Source of the DNA: Puniceicoccaceae bacterium
GTDB lineage: Bacteria; Verrucomicrobiota; Verrucomicrobiia; Opitutales; Oceanipulchritudinaceae
Direction: 5' to 3'
DNA length: 64,000 bases
Assembly: GCA_040830765.1 (NCBI GenBank)
Contig: JBFOMH010000009.1
Span: forward strand, 96,001-160,000
The position numbers and the translations under genes were made by a program. The notes under the pieces were generated by a model. That model ran no database searches. It was not told where the DNA came from and saw only the letters and a list, made by a program, of their open reading frames with translations. Shown here in pieces: positions 9,003 to 16,891 of the stretch (positions are counted from its first letter, which is position 1; every line of letters begins with the position of its first letter).

Positions 9003-10037
9003 ATGCCACTCAACAGTACAGATTTTTACAAGAAGGCTCCCCCGGAAAAGGGAGCCTCTTCTTTTATCTACCCGCCAACCCCCGGCAACATCGCTTTTTT
9101 TGTAGAAGCCCTTCAAGCCGGCTGCGTTGTGGCCATCCCAACGGAAACCGTGTACGGCCTCTCGGGCCTGGCGCTTGATGAGAAGGCCTGTCACTCCATA
9201 TTCTCAATCAAGGGACGCCCCTTGGTCGATCCCCTCATTGTCCATGTCAACAACCCGGAAATGGCTGCACAACTGGCTGAATTGCCGCCGGCCTTTACAG
9301 CTCTGGCGGAAGCCTTCTGGCCCGGTCCGCTGACCCTCATTCTCAAGAAACGTCCGATTGTTCCAGACTTGGTCACGGCTGGTAAGCCGACAGTCGCCAT
9401 CCGCATGCCCCGGCATCCCGTCGCCTTGGAACTTCTCCAAGGCCTCCAGGCTCCCCTGGCCGCCCCTAGTGCCAATCCGTTCGGCTACGTATCACCTGTG
9501 AGAGCAGAACATGTGGCGGACTCCTTTGGAGAAACGGTTCCTTTCATTCTCGACGGCGGTCCCTGCGACATTGGGTTGGAGTCGACAATCCTCGACCTGA
9601 CCGATGACAGCGCGCCTAAAGTGCTCCGCCCCGGAGCGGTTTCACCTGACCAGATCAGCAAGGTTCTGGGAAAGCCCGTGCCCTTGCTGAATGTGAATCT
9701 GCATCACGAGGACTCGGCAACGGCACCCGGCACCTTCAGCCGCCACTACAGCCCGGATAAAGAACTCCTGCTCTTTGAGGAGGGCTCAAATCCCTCCCCC
9801 AGCCCGGATGATGCCCTAGTCTATTTGCAGCGGCCCACAGGCGACAGCCCAAGTAGCGTCTTCTGGCTCTCTGAGAAGGGAGACGCGGAATCAGTCGCCC
9901 AGTCGCTCTTCAGCCTGCTGCGGCAATTGGACCGGCAGGACTTCAGCCGTATCCTCTGGGAACTGCCTGCAGCTACCAGAAGCGGCCTTTGGCTGGCTAT
10001 CCGCGACCGCATGAAGCGGGCCGCCGCCAACAAATAA
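9003..10037 (+). CDS. sua5: Threonylcarbamoyl-AMP synthase, Sua5 type (YrdC + SUA5 domains)
   Basis: PTETVYGL, KGRP..DPLIVH, FWPGPLTL, AAPSAN.FG, GLESTI, APG...RHYSP. Confidence 0.93.
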   Translation: MPLNSTDFYKKAPPEKGASSFIYPPTPGNIAFFVEALQAGCVVAIPTETVYGLSGLALDEKACHSIFSIKGRPLVDPLIVHVNNPEMAAQLAELPPAFTALAEAFWPGPLTLILKKRPIVPDLVTAGKPTVAIRMPRHPVALELLQGLQAPLAAPSANPFGYVSPVRAEHVADSFGETVPFILDGGPCDIGLESTILDLTDDSAPKVLRPGAVSPDQISKVLGKPVPLLNVNLHHEDSATAPGTFSRHYSPDKELLLFEEGSNPSPSPDDALVYLQRPTGDSPSSVFWLSEKGDAESVAQSLFSLLRQLDRQDFSRILWELPAATRSGLWLAIRDRMKRAAANK

Positions 10038-10066
10038 AACGGGCGGCTCCCGGAGAAGCCGCCCGT
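10033..10066 (-). terminator. Terminator between convergent sua5 and secretin genes
   Basis: ACGGGCGGCT-N8-AGCCGCCCGT inverted repeat with U-tract on the minus strand. Confidence 0.7.
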
Positions 10067-10135
10067 GTGAAAGGCCAGTATTAATGATGGCTGATTAGCC
10101 AGGACCTGTGTCGCTTGGAACTGAGTTCCGTGCGC

Positions 10136-11866
10136 TTACTGGTCTTCGGCCTGTGCCTCAATATTCCATTCAGTCCGTTGCTTCAGGGAATCCAGCAACT
10201 GCAGCTCCTCACGGAGTTCCAGTTCCTTCATCAGGGCCTCGGCATCTTCGCGCGACTTCATGACCTCGTCCGTCAGAGCTCTCTGTGCTTCAGACGGTTC
10301 ATAGCCAGGAACATCGCTCGGGCTGACACCCATTTCATGCAACTTGCTGTTGGAGAAAACGTCCTCGTAGGTCGCACCACTGGCGCTGAGAATCTTCGCC
10401 GTGATGAAGACAATCAGATTCCGGCGATCCGTGGAGTTGTTCTCGCTGCTGAAGAGACGTCCGAGGTACGGGATGTCTCCAAGGACAGGTACCTTCGATT
10501 CGCCCTGGCCGGTGACCTTCTCAATGAGACCGCCAATGGCCAGCGTGTATCCGCTCTTGATAGTCACTGTGCTCAGCGTCTTGCGAGTGGTGATAATCGG
10601 AATCGTTGCTCCGGAAGCTCCACCGAACTGGACTTCACCGGTCCGGCTGCTGATTTCCGGTTCAATGTTCAGGTTAATGAATCCAGCACTGTTGATCTGC
10701 GGAGTCACCTGCATGTTGATACCGATGTTCTTGTATTCAAAGTTGCTCACTTCAAACGTGCCCCGCTCGTCATTGTAGGTGTAGGCCGGAATCGGGTATT
10801 CCTCACCAATGTTGATGCGGGCCGGTGAATTGTTCATTGTGACAACGGTCGGATTGGACACCAGCTCGATATCCGTATTCGACTCGAGGGCACTGAGGAC
10901 AACACGGAAGGAATCCGTGGAGAAAACAGCACTGTCAAAACGCTCGATGCCGTTGATGGGCTCAACGTAGGTAAGCGGATACTGCTCGTTTGTTACCTGA
11001 TCGGTAACCAACTGGGTCTCCGTGTCATATCCCCGGTTACGGGTGTAGACCCGCTGCGGCGAGTTCATGGCAACGCCCCATCCTTCGAGGGACTGCCAGT
11101 CGATGCCAAGGTTTTCACCTTCACGACCCGTGATCTCGACAAATTTCGATTCAATCATGACCTGCTCGGTCGGACGGTCCAGGGTCTCGATGATTTCCTG
11201 GATGTCGTTCATGCGGCTTGGGCGCTCGGTAATGACAAGCGCGTTGCTCCGGACATCAACCTGAATCTTGCCCCCACTGGCGGCATCGACGAGCGGCTCG
11301 ATGGAAGAGCGAATCTCGGCAGCCTTGGCAAAGTCCACGATGAAGACCCGGGTATCAACTGGCTCGACTGCCAATTCATCACGGCTCTTGATCTTGATGA
11401 TGTTGCCATCAACAATGTAGGTGTAATTCAGCGGCTCCAGAACGACGTCAAAGACCTGTGTCCAGGTAACTTCGCGCAGCTTGATGCTGACGCTACCGGC
11501 AAGGCTGTCGGGAATGACAACATTGAGTTCATAGAGCTCAGCAACACTGCGGATAATGTCCCGGACATCTTCTTCCGGGAAGTCCACGGAAATTGTCTCC
11601 GAATCCATGGCAACTGCCGTGGCTTCATCGTCGCTACCGGGCAGATCGAGGAATACCTCGTCGCTGGGAACTTCGAAGACAGGTTCTTCAGGCAGTTCGG
11701 GTTCGTCAACGGCATCCATGACTTCCGCCTGACTGGCTTGAGATTCGGCATCGGCAGATGCTATCGCCTCTTCAGCACGGTCAAGGGCTGCCATCTGTGC
11801 CTCTTGGGCGGTCAATGGTGCTACCAGCAGAACTGACAGCAATGGGATGAGTATTTGGCCTTTCAT
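10136..11866 (-). CDS. Secretin (PilQ/GspD family)
   Basis: Signal peptide; ISVDF...DVRDII, D.RSNALVI, QVMIESKFVE, SNPTVVTMNN, VTPQIN, KVPVLGDIPYLGRLF, LIVFITAKI. Confidence 0.92.
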   Translation of the reverse strand: MKGQILIPLLSVLLVAPLTAQEAQMAALDRAEEAIASADAESQASQAEVMDAVDEPELPEEPVFEVPSDEVFLDLPGSDDEATAVAMDSETISVDFPEEDVRDIIRSVAELYELNVVIPDSLAGSVSIKLREVTWTQVFDVVLEPLNYTYIVDGNIIKIKSRDELAVEPVDTRVFIVDFAKAAEIRSSIEPLVDAASGGKIQVDVRSNALVITERPSRMNDIQEIIETLDRPTEQVMIESKFVEITGREGENLGIDWQSLEGWGVAMNSPQRVYTRNRGYDTETQLVTDQVTNEQYPLTYVEPINGIERFDSAVFSTDSFRVVLSALESNTDIELVSNPTVVTMNNSPARINIGEEYPIPAYTYNDERGTFEVSNFEYKNIGINMQVTPQINSAGFINLNIEPEISSRTGEVQFGGASGATIPIITTRKTLSTVTIKSGYTLAIGGLIEKVTGQGESKVPVLGDIPYLGRLFSSENNSTDRRNLIVFITAKILSASGATYEDVFSNSKLHEMGVSPSDVPGYEPSEAQRALTDEVMKSREDAEALMKELELREELQLLDSLKQRTEWNIEAQAEDQ

Positions 11867-11926
11867 TGGTGATCCTTTCGTAAGGTACTCTCGTTTGAGT
11901 GAAGGTTGTTTGTTAGTTGTTAAGCG

Positions 11927-12436
11927 TTATTGGCTTGATCCGGTTGTAGTTAAAAAGGACTTCTGCACAGTGGCTGTGCCGATGGACAAGGAGTAACCCT
12001 TGCTGGTCACATCTCCGATTTTGACCTCGTAGACGACCCCCTGAATTTCCGCCTTGAAGGTATCGCCTTCAGCAATGGTGCGGCCACTGGCCAATTGCAG
12101 GACACCACGGTCCCCCATCACCAGGCTGCCGAGCGGATTGAACTGACGGCTGATTGCCTTGAGGGCCTGGTCGTCAGGGAGCACTTCGCCAATGCCGGTG
12201 GAAACCGGTACATCCGCAAGATCTTTGGTTACCGGGGCCGGTATTTCCTTCTTGCGGACGCTGAAAGGCGAACGGATGTTACTGTAGTCGCCTTCCTCAG
12301 CATCGACGTTTTGCAAAGTGGCCTGCATGCCTGAAAGCATACTCTGTCGGGAATCGGCCGGCGTGATGACTTGTGAGAGGCCGGCGTGGCTAGCCAGGCA
12401 CATCACCATCGAGAAAAGAATGAATGCTTTATTCAT
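11927..12436 (-). CDS. Exported hypothetical protein in PilP position
   Basis: Signal peptide; RSPF motif (cf. PilP RDPF) and beta-rich C-terminus; between PilO-like and secretin genes. Confidence 0.6.
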   Translation of the reverse strand: MNKAFILFSMVMCLASHAGLSQVITPADSRQSMLSGMQATLQNVDAEEGDYSNIRSPFSVRKKEIPAPVTKDLADVPVSTGIGEVLPDDQALKAISRQFNPLGSLVMGDRGVLQLASGRTIAEGDTFKAEIQGVVYEVKIGDVTSKGYSLSIGTATVQKSFLTTTGSSQ

Positions 12437-13013
12437 TTTTAAATGCCAGCACATGACAACGAAGGCGGGCGTTGAGTTGGTCTAGATCAGGTTCCTCTCC
12501 AGCGGACTTGGACACATTCAAGAGGTCCATGCGCACGATGAAGTCCTGCCGGTCCAGGAGATCCAGGAATGACAGGATTTGCTGTAGCGTTCCCTTCATG
12601 ACAACGTCATAAGGAATCACGGAAAAATGACGCAGCGGGTCCCTGCCAAGAGGCAGCGTTGCGCCATCCGAGGCGACTCCTTGGGAAAACTGGCGGACCG
12701 TCACGCCGGAAACCCGTTCCAACTCATAGAAAAACTCGTAATTGGAGGCAACGTTGTCGACGTTCATGAGTCGTCCCTTGATCGATGACAGTCCATCTTC
12801 AATGGAAGAAATGTCATCCTCCAATCCAGTCGAGCGCTCCACATTCTCCTGAATGTTTTTCCACTTGCGCTCCAGATCGGTTTGCTGGGATTCGTACTCC
12901 TGTATCTTAGGTCCACGCATAATTAACAGGACCAAAGATATGGGGATAATCAGCCCGCAAACAAATAGGATGGGATATTGCCTGATTTTTTTACTGATTA
13001 GTGACAAATTCAT
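12429..13013 (-). CDS. PilO/GspM-like inner-membrane protein
   Basis: N-terminal TM, coiled coil, 'PYDVVMKGTLQQILSFLDLL' ferredoxin-like PilO pattern. Confidence 0.7.
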   Translation of the reverse strand: MNLSLISKKIRQYPILFVCGLIIPISLVLLIMRGPKIQEYESQQTDLERKWKNIQENVERSTGLEDDISSIEDGLSSIKGRLMNVDNVASNYEFFYELERVSGVTVRQFSQGVASDGATLPLGRDPLRHFSVIPYDVVMKGTLQQILSFLDLLDRQDFIVRMDLLNVSKSAGEEPDLDQLNARLRCHVLAFKNE

Positions 13014-13663
13014 AGCGAAGGCGCCTTTTCCACGCTGATTTTTACCAGCAACGTAAAATCGAAGTGCCCGAACTGGTTATTCCGGCTGAATTGGGCCATC
13101 TCCATTTCAATTCCTTTGCCCTGCAGCGAGGGCAGTTGCAGAAGCGCTTCCTGGAAGTCGCTCAGCACCTGGGCAGGTTTTGCCGGGGCATCCTCCAGCA
13201 CTTGCCCTTGCAACTGGATTACGAAGGGCGGGAGCTTGGTGTTCTGCTCCACGATGATCTCACTCTGCATTTCAACAACCGAAAGAACCATCCCCTCCTG
13301 CAGGGACTCACCCAACTGGGAAAGGAATGGATGGAACTGAAGGGCTTGATGATCAAATGCAACTGCCTCCGCAACCACCTCCGCACTCTGGCGGAATCGC
13401 TTGTTGGTATCGAGGATTTCCCGATTCTGTGAATCACTGGAGGCAACTTGCTGCTCCAGCTCCTTGACCGACTTGATCAAGGTCTGCAGGGAGTATTCGC
13501 GCATCCCATAAAGGGTGATGCTTCCCAACGCGAGTGCCAGGGCAATGAAGTTGAGAAGGAAACCAGTCCGGATCACTTTCGTGTCTGGAAGGGATTGCAC
13601 ATCCCTGAAGTCAGGGCGCCACAGCCGTTGGGTCGCAGTCTTGCTTTTTCTCAGGGTGGCCAT
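13010..13663 (-). CDS. PilN-like inner-membrane protein
   Basis: Single TM, coiled coil, 'FLSQL.ESLQEGMVLSVV' and 'QLQG' PilN-like pattern; ATGA overlap with next gene. Confidence 0.6.
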   Translation of the reverse strand: MATLRKSKTATQRLWRPDFRDVQSLPDTKVIRTGFLLNFIALALALGSITLYGMREYSLQTLIKSVKELEQQVASSDSQNREILDTNKRFRQSAEVVAEAVAFDHQALQFHPFLSQLGESLQEGMVLSVVEMQSEIIVEQNTKLPPFVIQLQGQVLEDAPAKPAQVLSDFQEALLQLPSLQGKGIEMEMAQFSRNNQFGHFDFTLLVKISVEKAPSL

Positions 13664-13667
13664 CTTC

Positions 13668-14693
13668 TTATGCTTCCAGATTTATAAACAGGCTGAACAG
13701 GCCAAAGGCGGATGGGCCGAGGTCAGCAGATGAACAGGAGTCGCCGAAAGTCACTCCGATACCGTCCGCCCAGCCTTCCCAATCGACATCAAGAAGCTTG
13801 ATATCGAGTTCTTTGGAAATGACATCCGGGATCCAGTTCAAGTTCTCCGGCAAGGAGGTCATGTAAAGGTAGGGAATCGTCTGGCCGGTTTGTACTTCGT
13901 AAAACCCGGTCGATGCATTGAGCTCCTTGAGGATCTTGTTGAGCAACTTGGGCCCGATTTCACGGAAATCAAACGTGTTTGAAGAAAACAAGTTCCTTGC
14001 CGACTCTTCGTCCTTCAAACCCAGTTCTTGTTGGATAACGGGGAGGACCGCATTGAATCCGAAATTAACGGGACGGCACAAATCAACCTTGTCCTGCGAA
14101 AGTATGAAAAGGTTGGCTGAGTTTTGCGTCACCTCGAGTAAGAGCACCGGGTCTTCAATCTCCTTGACCTTTAAGTAGTGCTTCAGGCCGGCCAAACCGG
14201 ACAGTGTTCCGAGCTGCAGGCTCTGCGGGAAAATACCACACTCGACAAGGTTCTCCTGAAAGGCGGAAATTTCCCGCTTATCGGCACCACAAAGGAGCAA
14301 CTCCTTCTGGCTTGCCAACGCCCGGTCCGGAGAGAAGGCGGTGCCGCTCTGAACATTGATGGTAGCCATCATGCTCGAACCCGGGGTGATCCTGAACTGG
14401 TCTTCAAGAATCTTGGCAAAGTAATCCGGATCCTTCGCCTTCGACATCGATTCCAGGGTATGCAACCGGAAGAAACGACTCTCCGGGATAATACTGCAAT
14501 GCGAATGGATATAGCGGTTTCGGCGTCCAGAGGTTGCCTGTTCCAGGAACTCCTTGAGTTTGCCCGGCTCACTGCGCGGAAACTCGTTTATCGACTCGAT
14601 GGAAAAGGGCGGCGTCAGTCCGGTGACACCCGCCACCAGATAGGAGAACCCGTTAACCTCTACAAACAAGCCTTTGGTTTTCTTTGATAACAT
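13668..14693 (-). CDS. PilM-like cytoplasmic actin-fold protein (divergent)
   Basis: First gene of M-N-O-P-Q order; 'LLLEVTQNSANLFI', 'RPVNFGFN', 'ELNASTGFYE...IPYLYMT' resemble the PilM C-terminal half. Confidence 0.6.
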   Translation of the reverse strand: MLSKKTKGLFVEVNGFSYLVAGVTGLTPPFSIESINEFPRSEPGKLKEFLEQATSGRRNRYIHSHCSIIPESRFFRLHTLESMSKAKDPDYFAKILEDQFRITPGSSMMATINVQSGTAFSPDRALASQKELLLCGADKREISAFQENLVECGIFPQSLQLGTLSGLAGLKHYLKVKEIEDPVLLLEVTQNSANLFILSQDKVDLCRPVNFGFNAVLPVIQQELGLKDEESARNLFSSNTFDFREIGPKLLNKILKELNASTGFYEVQTGQTIPYLYMTSLPENLNWIPDVISKELDIKLLDVDWEGWADGIGVTFGDSCSSADLGPSAFGLFSLFINLEA

Positions 14694-14782
14694 TTAAACG
14701 GTACAGATTTTCATGTAGATCAAAGAGGGGAATCCTCCCGTCTTCCCTAAACTTTCATAAGTTTACAGCCTTTGAAGACAAG

Positions 14783-14812
14783 AAAAAAGCCACAGTTGGA
14801 AAAACTGTGGCT
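14783..14812 (-). terminator. Intrinsic terminator downstream of bS22-like small gene
   Basis: AGCCACAGTT-TTTCC-AACTGTGGCT-TTTTT on the minus strand. Confidence 0.8.
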
Positions 14813-14844
14813 GTTATTCACTACAAATTTACGAACGACCGGGA

Positions 14845-14943
14845 TTAACCCCATGTACGCTTTTTATGGCGATTGGAGCGCGAGCGCTTCTTGCGCTTGT
14901 GCTGGGCGATTTTCCGGCGACGTTTCTTTCTAAGATTTCCCAT
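14845..14943 (-). CDS. 32-aa basic protein, AURKAIP1/COX24 (bS22/mS38)-like ribosomal protein
   Basis: Hand translation [32 protein letters not shown], matching the MG...KKRR..M..HK.RK pattern; has its own terminator; below the ORF-track size cutoff. Confidence 0.85.
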   Translation of the reverse strand: MGNLRKKRRRKIAQHKRKKRSRSNRHKKRTWG

Positions 14944-15020
14944 AACTAAAGTAATAAAACCGGGAAGAGTTTTTGTTTTTCCGAAGCAAGTAAAGCCTTT
15001 TCTGAGAAAAATACCTTATT

Positions 15021-15821
15021 TCAGGATCCGCGATGTTTTTCAAGTTGGCGGCAGAGTCCGTTCCACCTTGGAGGCAAGGGGCCTTTGACCACCTTGCCAT
15101 TTCCAAGGTCCAACGCCTTCAGGTAATAGGCTGGGCCGTCATAAAGAGGCCGTTCTTCAAGGTCGGCTTTGGGTTGGTAGCCGCGTTTGATTTTGGAAAG
15201 GAGTGGCAATGGGTCCCGAGCGTATCGGTGGTCGCCGAGTACCGGCAAACCGCATTCCATGGCATGAAGCAGTATCTGATGCCGCCTGGGGAAGGTGGTT
15301 TTGGCGGTCCATTCCCGGCATCCCGCCACCGGCCCATCCAGTTCAAGGCAAGTAGTGCTCCGCTTTCCGGTGGTATGGGATACCAGCATCCGGGGTTGGT
15401 GGCGATGTCGGGAAATCGGCAGCGTGCATTCCTGGGTTACTTCCACTGTTTTGCCGCGGGTGAGAAAACGGAAGGTGAAAGTGAAGTCGCCAGAACCGAG
15501 GCTGCTTCGCAGGTCTTCAGCCGTGTCCCGGTTCCGTGCGAAGAGGACGGGCCCGTAACACTCGGGATCCAGATCCGTCACTGCCCATAAGCCCTCCTCC
15601 CCAATGCTCATCCGCTGGAACTCACCTTTGCCATGATGGCTTTGGTGCCGGATGGCTTCCACCAGCACCGGCAGGCGGGGATACCAGCCATCTTCCTGGA
15701 CGAGGACACCAACAGGCTTGGCCAGTGCCAGCAGGTCGCCATCATCAAATAGGACGGGCAAACGGGCGGGCTGCATCCCGAGAAGGGGCACGGGAAAGCC
15801 GAGTTGAGGCATCTTCTCCAT
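15021..15821 (-). CDS. RluA-family pseudouridine synthase-like protein (degenerate motifs)
   Basis: LALAKPVG (motif I), TDLDPECYG (motif II), RRHQILLH...PVLGDHRY (motif III); start set at ATG 15821. Confidence 0.8.
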   Translation of the reverse strand: MEKMPQLGFPVPLLGMQPARLPVLFDDGDLLALAKPVGVLVQEDGWYPRLPVLVEAIRHQSHHGKGEFQRMSIGEEGLWAVTDLDPECYGPVLFARNRDTAEDLRSSLGSGDFTFTFRFLTRGKTVEVTQECTLPISRHRHQPRMLVSHTTGKRSTTCLELDGPVAGCREWTAKTTFPRRHQILLHAMECGLPVLGDHRYARDPLPLLSKIKRGYQPKADLEERPLYDGPAYYLKALDLGNGKVVKGPLPPRWNGLCRQLEKHRGS

Positions 15822-15848
15822 ATCTGGCCGGAAATTCAGGCTGTATTT

Positions 15849-15883
15849 AAAACAAAAACCCCCCGATGCAAAGACCGGAGGGT
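15849..15883 (-). terminator. Intrinsic terminator after rpsT
   Basis: ACCCTCCGGT-CTTTGC-ATCGGGGGGT-TTTTGTTTT on the minus strand. Confidence 0.7.
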
Positions 15884-15910
15884 GAAAATTACCATGGTCC
15901 TGAGAACGGA

Positions 15911-16162
15911 CTAATGGGTGCTCTTGGAATGCAAGGCGTTGCGGGAAAGCTTGGACTTCTCGCGGTTTGCCTTGTTCTTGTGCAGGACACCAGACTTCAC
16001 TGCCTTGTCGAGGGCCGATGAGTAGGCACTCTTGTCGGCGTCGGAAGCTTCGCCCAAAGCCTTCTTGCGAAGCGTCTTCAATCGGCTCGTTGTGGCGGTG
16101 TTGCGCTCCGTCCGGCGGGAAATGCGACGAATGTCTTTCTTGGATGATTTTAGATTGGCCAT
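15911..16162 (-). CDS. rpsT: 30S ribosomal protein S20
   Basis: MANLKSSKKDIR...RN, SALDKAVKSGVLHKNKANREKSKL. Confidence 0.95.
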   Translation of the reverse strand: MANLKSSKKDIRRISRRTERNTATTSRLKTLRKKALGEASDADKSAYSSALDKAVKSGVLHKNKANREKSKLSRNALHSKSTH

Positions 16163-16188
16163 AGAAAATTCCTTTAAAGAAACGGAGC

Positions 16189-16216
16189 AAGCTAGGTTCG
16201 AAGGCCCGCCTGTCAA
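16189..16216 (-). promoter_or_regulatory. Putative rpsT promoter
   Basis: TTGACA-N16-TAGCTT. Confidence 0.65.
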
Positions 16217-16222
16217 GGGAAT

Positions 16223-16891
16223 TTAAGCCTCCGTGAAGGGAAAAGGCTCGTCGGCTGACCAGGCGTGCAGGTCCTGCAGGTTCCATAATCCCAGCTTCCC
16301 GGCTTCCTTGAGCATGCGCAGGAGTATTTGTGCCGTCATGAATGCATCACCCAGGGCGGTATGCCGGTCATGGGGAATTATCCTGAACCAGTCGCAAAGG
16401 GCATCAAAGGAATATCCTTCCGGCTTGGGCTTTCGGGTAAAGCCTCCGGCCCCGGTGATGGCCAGAAACGCCTCCATGGTATCGATGGCCCTGTTCCGCA
16501 GCTGAAAGTTGAAATGCTTTTCACAGGCTACATTCAGCAAGGTAATATCATGCTGAATATGGTGGCCGACAATGATGCCATCCTGCAGCCACTCTAGAAA
16601 CTGGCAAATGGCCTCGGGCTCCTCCACTCCCTCTGCGGCCGCCTCGCGGGTAATTCCGTGTACGGTCACGGAAGAGGTGTTGTAATCGATCGGCAGAAGA
16701 ACAGAAAACTGGTCGTCGAGATGGATTTCCCCTTGCCTGACACCGACACCAGCGATGCTGATGATTCGGTCACGATGCGGATCCAGGCCGGTGGACTCTG
16801 AATCGACACAGGCGAAACGGAACGATTCCCAGTTGGCATCCTCAGGCAACCGGAATTTGTTGGCTTCGATATACTTTTCGACGCGCTTCAC
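16223..16891 (-). CDS. DEDDh 3'-5' exonuclease (DnaQ-like), DUF294 partner
   Basis: VDSESTG (ExoI), GHHIQHD (ExoII), RHTALGDA (ExoIII); GTGA overlap with the upstream gene's stop. Confidence 0.9.
   Translation of the reverse strand: MKRVEKYIEANKFRLPEDANWESFRFACVDSESTGLDPHRDRIISIAGVGVRQGEIHLDDQFSVLLPIDYNTSSVTVHGITREAAAEGVEEPEAICQFLEWLQDGIIVGHHIQHDITLLNVACEKHFNFQLRNRAIDTMEAFLAITGAGGFTRKPKPEGYSFDALCDWFRIIPHDRHTALGDAFMTAQILLRMLKEAGKLGLWNLQDLHAWSADEPFPFTEA

Noticed and set aside
15021..16286. 421-aa ORF apparently extending the RluA-like gene across rpsT
   Set aside because: The extension overlaps rpsT in another frame and crosses its terminator; RluA similarity begins only after ATG 15821
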